DNA from: Octopus sinensis
Taxonomy: Eukaryota
Direction of reading: 5' to 3'
DNA: 64,000 nt
Assembly (NCBI RefSeq): GCF_006345805.1
Contig: NC_043004.1
Location: 58,900,001 to 58,964,000 of the forward strand
In this document: in pieces, positions 12,023-26,204 of the stretch
Position numbering within the stretch: position 1 is the stretch's first letter
Layout: each line of letters begins with the position of its first letter
The notes under the pieces: model-generated
What the model saw: the letters and a program-made list of their open reading frames with translations, nothing else
Told to the model about the DNA's origin: nothing
Databases searched by the model: none
Program-made: the position numbers and the translations under genes

Positions 12023-12316
12023 ATATATACACATATATACAACGGGTTTCTTTCAGTTTCCGTCTACCAAATCCACTCACAAGGCTTTGGTCGGCCCGAG
12101 GCTATAGTAGAAGACACTTGGCCAAGGTGCCACGCAGTGGGACTGAACCCGGAACCATGTGATTGGTAAACAAGCTACTTACCACACAGCCACTCCTGCG
12201 CCTATGTGTTTCACATATAATGGTTTCATATTTTTTATAATTAAGATCTGAACTATTAATATATGAATGCGAAAGAGATAGTTGACTAACTGTAAACCTA
12301 CTTTTGAGCCACCCCG
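11631..12316. mobile_element. Tc1/mariner-type MITE
   Basis: TA|cagggtggccccaaaagtaggtttacagtt...aactgtaaacctacttttgagccaccccg|TA. Confidence 0.85.
11771..12203 (-). mobile_element. SINE family A inside a Tc1/mariner-type MITE
   Basis: Full-length copy between the MITE TIRs. Confidence 0.9.
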
Positions 12317-12324
12317 TATATATA

Positions 12325-12667
12325 TCATCATCATCATTTAACGTCCGCTTTCCATGCTAGCTTGGGTTGGACGGTTCAACTGGGGTCTGTGAAGCCAGAA
12401 GGCTGCACCAGGCCAGTCAGATCTGGCAGTGTTTCTACAGCTGGATGCCCTTCCTAACGCCAACCACTCCGAGAGTGTAGTGGGTGATTTTATGTGCCAC
12501 CGACACATGTGCCAGACGAGGCTGGCGAACAGCCACGCTCGGATGGTGTTTTTTTTTTTATGTGCCACCGACACAGTGCCAGACGAGGCTGGCAGACGGC
12601 CACCCTCGGTTGGTGTTTTTATGTGCCACTGACACAGGTGCCAGATGAGGCTGGCGAACGGCCACGA
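12325..12667 (-). mobile_element. 5'-truncated RTE 3' UTR copy just upstream of the last ARPC5 acceptor
   Basis: (CAT)n tail, conserved terminus and three internal repeat units. Confidence 0.85.
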
Positions 12668-12727
12668 TATGTGTGTATATATCTGATCATATTTATGTAT
12701 GTAATATATATTTCCTTTTGTTTGTAG

Positions 12728-12790
12728 GTGTTTGCCATTGGAGGTTTGGGCTCAATAATCCGTGTGTTGACAGATCGCAGCAGAGTGTAA
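12728..12790 (+). CDS. ARPC5: ARPC5 terminal coding exon
   Basis: tttgtttgtag acceptor. VFAIGGLGSIIRVLTDRSRV* matches the ARPC5 C-terminus (GG.GSI.RVLT.R..V*). Confidence 0.95.
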   Translation: MFAIGGLGSIIRVLTDRSRV

Positions 12791-13890
12791 CAGCAAGCCT
12801 TGTCAGTTGTTGCTAGCACTGAACAGACAACAGCTCTTCTGATAGATATATCGCGATCTTTCTGTGTTGCTCAGCCAACATTCAGGATCTGCATAAGGAA
12901 AAGAAGCACAACTATATATATACATAAATACGTACAAACATACATGCATACGTACTTACATATATACATACATATACATACACACACATGTACGATTAAA
13001 AATGTGTACAGTTCCCCAATCTGTTAAAACTATTTAAGGAAGCTTCGCAAAGCAACCTAATAGTATTGGAACATCTACAGTAAATATATTTTTCCCTTTA
13101 TTATTTCTTTTTTATATATTTCATTTATTTTAGTTTCTTGTATTTAATTTTAAATTTTTTTTTTGGTATAAAGCTTCTTTAATTATATTTGTTTTTTTTG
13201 TTTTTTTTTTAACATTTGCATATGAAGGATATAATTTAGAATTTCTGTTTAATCCTTATCTAGATACTTTTTTATTTATTTACGTAGTCATTTTTTTTTT
13301 TTGCTTTCTTTTCTTTTATTAGCTAATTAGTTAATTTTGGTTTGTTCAGTAGGTGGGGGTACGTGTGGAATAATGATCCAACCATTACAAACAAAAAAAG
13401 CAAAAACAAAAGAAAGAAGAAGCAAAAAAAAATGCATACCACCAAAGATGTACCTTTTGCAATGAAACTATTGATTCAAGATGTTAGAAAGTCATTTTTT
13501 ATTTTTTTAAATAAAAAGCTATAAAGAAAAAAAAATTAAAAAAAAAACGTAAAGAGAAAAAAAAAAGACATCTGATTGCAAATTAGTGTTGTTTTAAACA
13601 TATTTTACGTCACCAAAGGCACGCACATAAAAAGGAAAATTGTAGGGATCTATGTTCACTTGACGACAAATTTAACAGTTTAACTGGGTGAAGATGGGAG
13701 CAAATTGTTTTCATCTGTGATGATAACAACAGTGATGATGATGATAATGATGATAACTGATGACAATGATGCAAGAGTTTTGTTTTCACAATTTTAAGTT
13801 TCTTTAATAGTTTTAGATTCATTCATTATCATTATTATTATTATTAATTATTATTATTATTATTAATTATTATTATTATTATTATTATTA

Positions 13891-14335
13891 AGGCGGCAAG
13901 TTGGCAAAATCATTAGCATGTTCTTCATGTTCTGAGTTGAAATTCCACCAAGGTCAGCATTGCCTTTCACCCTTATTTTTGGTGGGGGTGGGGGGTCAAT
14001 AAAATAATAAGTACCAGCTAAGCACTGGGGCCGATGTAATCAATAAGCACACCACCCCCCTGAAAATTGCTGGCCTTGTGCCGTTATTATTATTATTATT
14101 ATCAATATTATTATTATTATTATTATTATTATATCTGGCAAGCTGGCAGAATCATTACTGCACTGGACAAAATGTTTAGTGGCAGTTCTTCTGGCTTTAC
14201 ATTCTGAGTTTAAATTCTGCTGAGGTCACCTTTGCCTTTCATCCTTTCAGGGTCGATAAAATATGTACCAGTTCTGCAGTGAGGTTGACTAACCGCTCCC
14301 CAAAATTTCTGACTTTGTGCCTATAGTAGAACAAT
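13891..14335 (+). mobile_element. Two SINE family B copies (tRNA-like head, Meta-like gcctttcatcctttcggggtcgataaa domain) separated by (ATT)n
   Basis: ggcggcaagttggca...ttctgagttgaaattcc...aagtaccag, repeated twice. Confidence 0.75.
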
Positions 14336-15361
14336 TATTATTATTATTAAATCAGCAAATTATCATTTTAAAATCAAGGGCTACCACTGATGTGCTCTTT
14401 ATTAATCACTTTTTTAAGAAAATAAAAATTCGTTTTAAATCCATTTTTTTTTTCTCTATTCATAAAACTAGAGGAAAAGGAAAACGGAATTTACTTAAGA
14501 CCATATTTATATCCAAAATAAGCCTCTGATATAATCCTTGAAATACTGACTCAATAGAAGCAAATATTTCTCTCTATATCTCTCTAAATTTATATTATTT
14601 TCTCTTTTAATTAATGTATATGTGACCTTATCTATATATATATGTCACCATAGCAACTTAGTTTAAGCCTACTAATTTGGGCAGTCAGGGGTTTTAATGT
14701 CCTTTTGGGAGTTGTGGTGAGCACAGCTGTACAGCATACAGCAGATGCAGTGCTCAATTCCCTCAGGCGATGTTACAGTTTTACTCCACCTTCTTCTATA
14801 TTAGATCTATATGATTTTTATGTGACGATCATATGAACTTCAGGAGTACATTGTTGTCAGTTTCATTCCAGGATGTAAGCTTGCAGTCGTCACATGTGAA
14901 AGTGATGTACTCTTTTTGAAGTTTGTATAATCATAATGTAAAGCTATTCATCTCTCTGATCCATTAAGCGCTGCATTTTTTGTCTTATTAAATCACACCA
15001 GATTTTATACATACATACATACATACATACACACACATACACACACAAATTCTGTCTGTGGTAAAGTTGACATTAAAATGATGAGGGTATATATGCATAT
15101 ATATATGTATGTATATATATATATATATACACACACATATAAATACACACTCATACATACACATATATACTAGGAGAATCACAATTTAAGGTGAAATACT
15201 CAAAAACATAAGGCAGAGTGGTGAGGATGTTAATTTATTCTCTCTTTGTCTTACTCTTTCTTCTCTATTATGTGAATAAACATGTGCATACATACATATA
15301 TATATATATATACATATGATATACATATGATATACACAGTCACATAATACATTATATATAT

Positions 15362-15648
15362 ATCACGTGACTGACCAGACCATCAGATGTTGTTACACAT
15401 CGCTGGTCACAATGTGTTTGCATTGTTTTAGCCTTCAAATGATGCCACCCCGCTGGCTAAGCGAGCAGGCCAACAGAAGAAAGAGTGGTGAAAGAGTACA
15501 GCAGGGATCACCACCCCCTGCCGGAGCCTCGTGGAGCTTTTAGGTGTTTTCGCTCAATAAACACTCACAATGCCTGGTCTGGGAATCGAAACCGCGATGC
15601 TGTGACTATGAGTCCGCTGCCCTAACCACTAGGCCATTGCGCCTCCAC
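15362..15648 (-). mobile_element. SINE family C (tRNA-derived head)
   Basis: Minus strand gtggaggcgcaatggcctagtggttagggcagcggactc...ggtttcgattcccagacc has A and B boxes. Confidence 0.8.
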
Positions 15649-18302
15649 ACATATATATATATATAATATACAGTCACATATATAATACATTATATATATA
15701 TATATGATATACACAGTCACATATATAATACAATATATATATATACATACACACACACATGTATATACAATATTTAAAATACATATATAATATACTCAAA
15801 CGTGTGTTAATTACTGAAGCTCATCTTGTTGGCAACGGACTTTCATTATTTCCTTGCTTGTTAGCATTATTATTATTTACAGCATGAACCTTTGTCAACA
15901 TCAAAGTTTACATTAAAATCTTCAAACTGTTGTTGGAAACTTGTAATCAGGCTGCCAGTTCTTCTTCTTCTTCACCTCCTCCTCCTCCTCCTCCTTCACC
16001 ACCACCTCTACTTAGTAATTAAAAAACTTGACTGAAGTTTGGTTGTTGTGTATATATGTGTGGGTGTTTCAAAGAATTTAAATAAAAAAGCAGGTGATAT
16101 TAAATATGCATTCATTTTTTATTCCGTCTCTTCAAAGTAAATTCTATTAATACAGTAGGTACCGTAATATTCTGGCAGTCTCTGATCATCATTATTAGAC
16201 TGTTTCATTTCCCAGTCGGAAACACATCACTTAAAATGGTACCCTTAATTTGCAATAATTCAGCATAAATACATAATTTATAAATATAACAGTAAGAAAA
16301 TATAAAGAGAGAAAAAGTTCTGGGTTTAATCCCACCATGACACCTCGGTTTAGTGTCTTCTACTATAGCCTTGTGAGTGGATTTGGTAGACGGAAACTGA
16401 AAGAAGCCCATCACACGCATACACATGTGTGTCTGTGTTTGGCCCCACCACTACTTGACAACCGGTGTTGGTATGTTTATGTCCTTAGTGGTTCAGCAAA
16501 AGAGATTGATAGAATAAGTTCTGGGGTTGATTAGTTGACTAAAATTTCTCAAGGTGGTGCTCCAGCATGGCTGAAGCAAGAAGAATAAAGGAATGTAGTA
16601 AATATATAACCAAAACAGGTACATTCACTCCCTCAGTTGTTAATGTCACACCTGGGCAAACAGGTAAGTTTGGTTTTTGAGATCTTTGGAATGCTGGTCC
16701 ATTGATAATGAATTTAGAGTTTTTCCTTATTTTGTTAGTGAAAACATCAGATAATGTTTGGGAGGCTACTTGGCTATTATGGCACCTCAACCTTGCAATA
16801 ACCTGAGAAGATGCTTTTTAGGGGTTGCCTCAGAAAAGTTTTTTTTTTTTTTTTTCTGAAGGAAATACTAGTGTTTCCAGGTGTAAATTTTAAATGGGAG
16901 AGTGTCTATCTCTTTGGTTTCATTATTTATTCATTAATTTCCTTTCTTCCCTCTCTCTCTCTCTCTATTTTCTTACTGTTTATTTGTGTAAATTCTGTTA
17001 CTTTTCACTGAGTTGTTATTGCAAATAAAACAAATCACTTCAATTGCTAAGGCCTTTGGGAAAGGATCTCATAATTTTTTATGTTTCCTTCCTTAAAATC
17101 TCGGATTTCATGTGTCTAAAAAAAAAAAAAAAAAGTACAAATAAGAAAACAACAACATTATTGTTACATTTATGTAATCCTATCTTAACTAAATTCTCAT
17201 TTTTTTCCTGTACAAGAAAACCCTGTAAAATGTCATGAAAAGAAAAAAAAAAATATAAGAATTTGTGGAACATTTTGATTAAAATAACAGAAGGTATCTT
17301 CTATTATATTTGTTTTTTTTTTCTTTTCCCCCACATTTTTTTTAACTTCATAAACTCTCTCTCTCAAATAAATCCTTGTATTTGGATCAAATAAAATTCT
17401 CCGAATATGAAATAAAAAAAATAAATGGCTAATTTCAGCCTTCAGATTTAATTACCTCCCTTTATTTCCACCCTTATTTTTTTTCTATTGAACTTCAGTT
17501 GTATGACAAAATATCCAAGCTCTTTTTTTTTTACGTCTTTTAACATCTTCTTGTATGTTTTGTATTTTTTTTCTTGATTTTAACATTTTTCTCTGATATT
17601 TTTATTGTTTAAAAGCAGTATAATTAATTAATCTTGATTCAATAGTTACTTGTTTTTCTTCAGTATTTCTATCTTCCTTCGTTTTCAAGCTTAATTCACT
17701 TTAAATGATTTTTTTCTCTTTTTTTTGTAAATTCTATAATCATTTTATATTAAAAGAAATTATGGAAAAAAAAAAAAACCCTGCAAAATATTTGTTTTGG
17801 TGTGTATTGATTTTAGAAAAATTATTAGAACTTTTTTTTTATTTTGTTTTTACTAAAATTCACAAATGTTTGTTTGATTTTACAAATTATGTTTTCGTGC
17901 AGATTATTAGAGCAAGAAAGAAAAACAAAACATTTTCTTGTTGATTTTTAGCTTTTACAGATGAGCACACATCTCTAGGTAAGGAGCTATAAATCCATTT
18001 ATTACTAGTATTTGTGTTATTGAAGATAACACCTAGCTTGTGAAGGTAGCGCATTACATGTTACTACACAGCAGCTCTTATCAGCAAAGTACCTCTGGTG
18101 CTTCAAGCTGGCTAAAGTGGTTGGAACCTCAACAGTTTTGTTTCGGCTGCCCCTTAACTGCAACTATGCTCATGCTACAGATAAAGAACGCAGCTTATAA
18201 CACCTGGAGGAAGATACCTGTTATCACCAACTAGAAGGTATACATTCACTTCAACAGTGTCTGTTAGGCAAGCATCATAGAAGAGAGAGAGACCTTCATC
18301 AT

Positions 18303-18478
18303 ACTCTTTTACTTGTTTCAGTCATTTGACTGCGGCCATAGTCGTGCAAATCAACCCCGGGACTTATTCTTTGTAAGCCCAGTACTTATTCTATCGGTCT
18401 CTTTTGCGAACCGCTAAATGACGGGGACGTAACCACACCAGCATCGGTTGTCAAGCAATGCTGGGGGGACAAACACAT

Positions 18479-18515
<37 letters not shown>

Positions 18516-18671
18516 CGACAGGCTTCTTTCAGTTTCCGTCTACCAAATCCACTCACAAGGCATTGGTCGGCCTGGGGCTATAACAGAAGATACTTGCCCA
18601 AGATGTCACGCAGTGGGACTGAACCTGGAACCATGTGGTTGGTTAGCAAGCTACTTACCACACAGCCACTC
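18303..18671 (-). mobile_element. SINE family A
   Basis: Match to the family sequence. Confidence 0.88.
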
Positions 18672-18950
18672 ATCATCATTACCATTACCATTTAATGTCC
18701 GTTTTCCATTCTGGCATGGGTTGGACGGTTTGACTGAAAACTGGTAAACTGGGGAGCTGCACCAGGGTCCAGTCTGATCTGGCATGGTTTCTACCGCTGG
18801 ATGCCTGTCCTAATGCCAACCACTCTGAGAGTGTAGTGAGTGCTTCTTGCATGCTACCGGCAAGGTTGCCAGTTACAAGACACCAGCATCAGCCTCAACT
18901 ACGATCTCACTTGCCTTGACAGGTCTTCTCAAGCACAGTGTATCACCAAA
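18672..18950 (-). mobile_element. Diverged RTE 3' UTR copy
   Basis: tttaatgtccgttttccattctggcatgggttggacgg terminus. Confidence 0.7.
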
Positions 18951-19001
18951 GGTCTTTGTGTCATATAATATACAAACTTTGTTGCTTCATTAATTATAAT
19001 T

Positions 19002-19386
19002 AGGCACAGGAGTGGCTGTGTGGTAAGTAGCTTGTTTACCAACCACATGGTTCCGGGTTCAGTCCCACTGCATGGCACCTTGGGTAAGTGTCTTCTACTA
19101 TAGCCTCGGGCTGACCAAAGCCTTGTGAGTGGATTTGGTAGACGGAACTGAAAGAAGCCCCATGTATATATATATATATATGTGTTGTGTCTGTGTTTGT
19201 CCCCATAGCATTGCTTGACAACCGATGCTGGTGTGTTTATGTCCCCGTTACTTAGCGGTTCGGCAAAAGAAAATGATAGAATAAGTACTGGGCTTACAAA
19301 AGAATAAGTCCCGGGTTCGAGTTGCTCGATTAAAGGTGGTGCCCCAGCATGGCCGCAGTCAAATGACTAAAACAAGTAAAAGAGTA
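19002..19386 (+). mobile_element. SINE family A
   Basis: Match to the family sequence. Confidence 0.9.
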
Positions 19387-19448
19387 TTCCGTAATTTTAC
19401 CAAGACTTATATCTACTAATTTCTATGTAAACCTTTCACCCACTGATC

Positions 19449-19678
19449 GTAACCCTTTTGATGCCAGCCTGTCTGAATCTGACTCTTGTTCTGCAGTACA
19501 AACTTCCTCTTTTGAAGTGTTTTAAATTAAAACTAATTATTAAAATTTCATGTTAGTTTATGTTTCAAGCATCACTTTAATTATAATTGAATTGTTGTAC
19601 TAAATTCTTCATTGTTTTTGAAATTACTTGAAAGAAAGGCATTATATACCAAGAGAAATATGGTGTCAAAAGGGTTAA
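19449..19678. mobile_element. Diverged MITE-1 relative
   Basis: taacccttttgatgcc...ggtgtcaaaagggttaa. Confidence 0.7.
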
Positions 19679-20189
19679 ATAGCTCTCCTGGCTACCATAT
19701 TTGATTCCTGTCTTGCTACTTTACTTCTTTGACTCTTTTTTGCTTGAAAGTGATCACATGAAAGTGATTGCAACCCACCAAACCAACTCCTCTTGATGTT
19801 GTCTCTTGTATTTATCTCAATGCTCCGTGGCACTGTCTTTGGTCAACACAAGGCATCTCAGACATTCTTGGCAAGGATTATCATTATCATCTTCATTTTA
19901 ACCTCTGCTTTTTTCCTGGGTTGCATGGGTTGGACTGTTTATTGAGGCAGATTTTTAACAGAGAGATCCCCCTCCTGTCACCAACCATCACCTGTTTCCA
20001 AACAAGATAGTATTTCCCCATAGCTAAACACACTCCACAGAATATTAGAAATGAATGACACTGCTTGTATGACCTGTGACAATCATTTTACAATTATCAT
20101 GTGATATCAGGGCAAAGAGACACAAGCATGCAAAACAATCATATATACATACATACTTATATATATATATGTGTGTGTGTGTATCCCAC

Positions 20190-20647
20190 TTTTGCGTACC
20201 TTCCCTTCTTTGGACACTGCTTACAAAGACCTGTTGAGGCAAGTGAAATCAGAAACAAAATCAAATTCAATGACTGGCATCTGTGCTAGTGGAGCACTAA
20301 GAGCACCAACCGAGTGTGTTCGTTGCCAGAGCGGCTAACTGGTGTTCATGCCGCTGGCATGTAAAAAGCACTATTTGAGTGTGATCGTTATCACCGTTGC
20401 CTTACTGGCACTTGTGCAGGTGACATGTAAAAAAAAACAATATTTCCGTGACTGTTGCCTGTACCACCTAACTGGCCCTCGTGCCGGTGGCATGTAAAAG
20501 GGAGTGGTTGGCGTTAGGAAGGGCATCTAGCTGTAGAAACTCTGCCAGATCAAGATTGGAGTCTGGTGCAGCCGTCTGGTTTACCAGTCCTCAGTCAAAT
20601 CGTCCAATCCATGCTAGCATGGAAAGTGGGTGTTAAACGATGATGAT
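20190..20647 (+). mobile_element. RTE 3' UTR copy
   Basis: Runs from taccttcccttcttggacac to catgctagcatggaaagtgggtgttaaacgatgatgat, colinear with 35117-35677. Confidence 0.8.
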
Positions 20648-21570
20648 ATATACTGGCTTAAACATACTGTCACTAAGAACATGCTGTATTAAAACTGAGT
20701 GAAAGCGAGTTTATTTAACAAGATATCCCTCATAACATGAGCTGAGGAAATGCGACTGCACCAAGGGATGATCCACAACCAGTTGTACAGCATCCCACCT
20801 GTGAGGGATCGATGCAAGATGCATTGAAATGATTGTTGTAAGCAATAAAGTTTCTTGTATATTCCACTTTCTGTCTCTTATCGTTTGTTATACACACACA
20901 CACACTATGGTACCCACATCAGTGGCAATTTGTAAACAGGGAAAGTCAGTCACCCCTTCTGTTCATAGTCTAGTGTGGCACCTTAGCCTCCTGTGCCAGG
21001 GATATGGTAAAGACAGATAACCGACAAAGTGGAAGAGTCCTGGAACAACAACCTTGAAAGTTATTGTGACCAGGTGCAAGATCTGTACCATGAGAGAATG
21101 GTTTGGCATCAACTAGCAAGTGAGCTGCTACTGCGGGACAGCCTCATCGTTGACCATGCTCGTGGCACTCTCGTACACAACTTGGTGTGAAGGCTCTCAG
21201 TGGGGACGATGCCAACTGTCTTACTGTCCAAAGCATTTTATTTCAGAGAAGCCTGAACAGAACATTCGATGCTGATACAATGGACAGCCAACAATGTACA
21301 CACACACACATTGTTGGCTTTTTTCAGTCTATTAAATCTATCCACAAGGCTTTGGTTGGCCTTGGATTACAGTAGAAGTCACTTGGCCTTGATACCATAT
21401 GGTAGGAAGTAAACTTATCATACAGCCAAGCTATCTCAATTAATACAAACGATGCATACCTTTGTCCTGGCTCACCTTGTACACCTCACTTTCCTTCTCA
21501 TACTTTCATTCATTCATTCACTAGACCTCTTTCTACACTAATCACTGTCCAAATATTTTTTTCTCTGCTG

Positions 21571-21942
21571 CAACCAACCACATGGTTCCGGGTTCAGTCC
21601 CACTGCGTGGCACCTTGGGCAAGTGTCTTCTGCTATAGCCCCGGGCCGACCAATGCCTTGTGAGTGGATTTGGTAGACGGAAACTGAAAGAAGTCCGTCG
21701 TATATATGTATATGTGTGTGTGTATGTTTGTGTGTGTGTGTGTGTTTGTACCCCTAGCATTGCTTGACAACCGATGCTGGTGTATTTACGTCCCCGTTAC
21801 TTAGCGGTTCGGCAAAAGAGACTGATAGAATAAGTACTGGGCTTACAAAAGAATAAGTCCCATTGTCAAGTTGCTCGATTAAAGGTGGTGCCCCAGCATG
21901 GCCGCAGTCAAATGACTAAAACAAGTAAAAGAGTAAAGAGTA
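21571..21942 (+). mobile_element. SINE family A, 5'-truncated
   Basis: Match to the family sequence. Confidence 0.88.
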
Positions 21943-22388
21943 ATTCTTTTCGTTTCCCTTCCCCATCTACATTTTCCCTACAAATGTTCAACTCCAGATG
22001 TTCAAACTGATCCTGAATTACATTTATTTCCAGCTGAGAAACGACTGCAATAGTCATAGAACTATCTTTATATACTGTTTAATCCGGCTATATCCGGCCC
22101 GAATAATCTACTCATTTTATGTTCAAACTGGCCAGAACCAGTATCTCACACCTACCCTGCAATGTAATTCTAAAAATAAACACATCTTTCAAATCTTGAA
22201 GCTACCAGATTAATTTTTTAAATGTAAATGAATAAGGATTACTTATGACATATTAATTTGAATGCTAAAGGGTTACAAAGATGAATAACAATGAAGTCCA
22301 AACACATGAAAGTTTCAGTTAAACCTGGTGCGATTTCAATTCATGATCCTATATTCTATCATTTCCTCTCAACTGGCTTTGGTCAGAT

Positions 22389-22780
22389 ACTCTTTTACTT
22401 GTTTCAGTCATGTGACTGTGGCCATGCTGGAGCACCGCCTTTAGTCGAAGAAATCGACCCCAGGATTTACACTTTGTTAGACTAGTACTTATTCTATCGG
22501 TCTCTTTTGCTGAACCGCTAAGTTACGGGGATGTAAACACCCCAGCATCAGTTGTCAAGCGATGTTGGGGAACAAACATATGCACACACACACACACACA
22601 TATATACATATATACAACGGGTTTCTTTCAGTTTCCGTCTACCAAATTTTGGTAGACAGACTTTGGTTAGCCTGAGGCTATAGTAGAAAACACTTGCCCA
22701 AGGTGCCACGTAGTGGGACTGAACCTGGAACCATGTGGTTCGTAAGCAAGCTACTTACCACACAGCCACTCCTATGCCTA
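22389..22780 (-). mobile_element. SINE family A
   Basis: Match to the family sequence. Confidence 0.88.
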
Positions 22781-22832
22781 TGTCATATAAATTTTTGATT
22801 TTGTTACAAAATCTAAAGTCTCTAGGGTAAGG

Positions 22833-23257
22833 TTAACTCTTTAGCATTCAGATTTCTTTGTCAAATGCATTGCTTATTTATTCACATTGTTTTGAATTTA
22901 TCACAGATTAGCTTGTAACTTCAAGATTTCAACGGTGGGTTTCTATATTTTTAGAATGACATTGTAGGGTAGGTGTGAGATATTGAACTTGGTCTGTTTT
23001 AACAAAACAGGTAGACTATTTAGGCCAGATATGGCCAGATTAAATGTTAACCCTTCAGCATTTTAACTGGTCACATCTGGCCCAAATATTCAGACTGGCC
23101 AGACCTGGCCTCTCACACTTACCCTGCAGTGACATTCTAAACATATACAGTCACATCATTGAAATCTCAAAGCCACTAGATAACATATGATTAATTTGAA
23201 GCAATGTGAATAACTAAGTATTACACTTGACAAAGTAATCTGAATGCTAAAGAGTTA
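22833..23257. mobile_element. Two adjacent MITE-2 copies in opposite orientation
   Basis: 22833-23050 and 23047-23257 share a TTAA junction. Confidence 0.75.
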
Positions 23258-23401
23258 GAGTAAAGATGACTGAATTGTCTCCCTGCTTATGAGACACCTG
23301 TACCTTAGAAAGTAATATAGTCAATGTGATTTGAATTAGAAATTTTAAGATAACTAAATACAATACAGCAATTTGTTTAGCATTGTTGTTTCTATCATCC
23401 A

Positions 23402-23819
23402 TTAACCCTTTAGCATTCATATTGTTTTTAATTAATCAAGTATTATCTTGTAGCTTTGAGATTTCATGAGTGATTGTTTGTCTTTCAAATGACATTGTAG
23501 GGCAGATGTGAGAAGCCAGACCTGTCCAGTTTGAACATAAAACAGCTGGGATATTTGGGTCAGTTATGGATGGTTTAACTCTTTCGTTACTAACCCGGCA
23601 GAAACTGCCTCTGGCTCTGTAGTACAAATGTCTTGTTTTCATAAGTTTTGAATTAAAATTTTCCACCAAACCTTAGTCACAATTTATGTTCCTAACACTA
23701 GCTGAATGATAACTAAGTTATTTTACTAAATTCTTAGTTATATTTAAAATTAATTGAAAGAAACAAAGAGCATCTCAACAGAAATATGGTAACGAAAGGG
23801 TTAAACATCAAAGGGTTAA
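23402..23819. mobile_element. MITE-2 with nested MITE-1 (23575-23804)
   Basis: TTAA-bounded outer and inner elements. Confidence 0.82.
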
Positions 23820-24277
23820 TTTGTAATAAAGTTATGAGGTTTTCACATTAGGGTAAGAAATATAGTTGGGTTTATGGACCCCAGTTCTTGGCTGTTATTT
23901 ATTTTATCCCAAAATGAAGTACAAAATTGAGTTTGGGATGATTTTTAATCAGAATGTAAACTAAATACCACATGGTATTTTTAGTCAGACACTCTATTGA
24001 TTATGCTATTTCACAACCCTCGTCTATTCCTTATACCAATTTCTAAAATTAGCACATTCCTCCAAATTGGGGGAGAGGTAAAGACCAGGGGAGGGCAACT
24101 TTTTTGAGAATTGGGCCACCTGAGACATAGCTCATCATTAAGCAGGCCACACTACTAAAAGAAATTCAAAGTAAATTTTTGTAAGGCATGCCATTCAGAG
24201 AACACCACAGGTCACAGTTTACCCATGAATGGTATAAATGATTTTGTCAATTCCTAGTGCTTGGTTGATACTTTATT

Positions 24278-25133
24278 CTTTTCTACTCTAGGCACAAGGC
24301 CTGAAATTTTTGGGGAGGTGGAGCGGTCGATTCGATCAACCTCAGTATGCAACTGGTACTTAATTTATAGACCCCGAAAAGATGAAAGACAAAGTCGACC
24401 TCAGTGGAATTTGAACTCAGAATGTAAAGACAGACGAAATACCAAGGACAGACAAACGGATTAAGTCGATTATATCGACCCCAGTGCGTAACTGGTACTT
24501 AATTTATTGACTCTGAAAGGATGAAAGGCAAAGTCGACCTCGGCGGAATTTGAACTCAGAACGTAGTGGCAGACGAAATACAGCTACGCATTTTGCTCGG
24601 CGTGCTAACGTTTCTGCCAGCTTGCCGCCTTATGGCTTATACTCTATTTTATTAAGTCAACAGTTCAACTGAATAGGACATTGTACTTACAGACAGCATT
24701 TGGTCATTCTTAATATTGGTTTCGAATTTTGGCACAAGACCAGCAGTTTTGGGGAAGGGGCTCAACTAGTACTTATTTTATTGACCCTGGAAGGATGAAA
24801 AGAGAAGTCAACTTTGGCAGGATCTGAACTCAGACCATAAAGACAAATGAAATACTGCTTAGCATTTTGCCTGGCATGCAAGCAATTCCGGTAGCCTACC
24901 ACCTTAACTAATGGAAAAAATATTGCTTTCAAAATTTGGCTGAAGCAATTTTGAAGGAGGCTGTAAGTCGATTACATTGACCCCAGTGTTCAACTGGTAC
25001 TTATTTTACCAATTCTGGAAGGATGAAAAGTAAAGTCGACCTTGATAGAATTTGAACTCAGAACGTAAGAATGGATGAAATGCATCCAAGCATTTTGCCT
25101 ATCGTGCTAGTGATCCTGCTAGCTCACCGCCTT
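24278..25133 (-). mobile_element. Tandem cluster of four SINE family B copies
   Basis: ggtacttaatttat.gaccc.gaaaggatgaaaggcaaagtcgacctcggcggaatttgaactcagaa recurs four times. Confidence 0.85.
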
Positions 25134-25152
25134 AACTAATGGAAAAAATATT

Positions 25153-25545
25153 GCAGGAGTGGCTGTGTGGTAAGTAGCTTGCCTACCAACCACATGGTTC
25201 TGGGTTCAGTCCCACTGCGTGGCACCTTGGGCAAGTGTCTTCTACCATAGCCTCGGGCCGACCAAAGCCATGTGAGTGGATTTGGTAGATGGAAACTGAA
25301 AGAAGCCTGTTGTATATATATATGTATGTGTACGTGTTTGTGTGTCTGTGTTTGTCCTCCTAGCATTGCTTCGCAACCGATGCTGGTGTGTTTATGTCCC
25401 CATCACTTAGCTGTTTGGCAAAAAGAGACTGATAGAATAAGTACTGGGCTTACAAAAAGAATAAGTCCCGGGGGTCGTGTTGCTCGACTAAAGGCGGTGC
25501 TCCAGCATGGCCGCAGTCAAATGACTGAAACAAGTAAAAGAGTAA
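25153..25545 (+). mobile_element. SINE family A
   Basis: Match to the family sequence. Confidence 0.88.
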
Positions 25546-25805
25546 ATATTGTTCTTTAATGACAGGAAGGTTACTATGGGAGTCAGCAATGAAGAGTGAA
25601 GCTTGGGGAGATTTATAATAAAGTGGTTTATGAGCTTTATTTTTGTTAAACATCATCCCATCATTGGTCCTTGTGTGTTTTTAGCTGGAGTTCATGCTAT
25701 TGTAAGTATTCAATTGAACTCTTCAATCTAAGAATAGCATCCTTTTCTCTCACCTGTCTCAAAGGCCCTTAAAAGGTCTGTGAATGTTGCCCCTTCCTCC
25801 TCTGA

Positions 25806-26017
25806 TTAACCATTTAGCATTTAAGCCAGTCATATCCAGGTCAAATATTCTACCTGTTTTATGTTCAAGCCAGCCAGATTCAACCTCTCACACCTATCCT
25901 ACAATGTCATTTTAAAAAGAAAACAATCACGTCATTCAAATCTCAAAGCTATGATATAATTAAAAACTGTAAATAAGCATTACATTTGAAAGAGTAATCT
26001 GAATACCAAGGGCTTAA
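25806..26017. mobile_element. MITE-2
   Basis: ttaaccatttagcattt...gaataccaagggcttaa. Confidence 0.7.
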
Positions 26018-26204
26018 GTAATTAAAAAAAAAAAAAGCTTGTCATATATCAACTGTTTCACATTTTGCAACCAGTAATATCCATCGATAGGTGAGAGGTC
26101 AACTTTGCATGAGATCATGGATGGCTCATATGGGTTTTCCTATATGTAAAGGGAAATAACTGCAACTGAAAATCTAGTTTTTACTCATTACATCACGATT
26201 TTGA

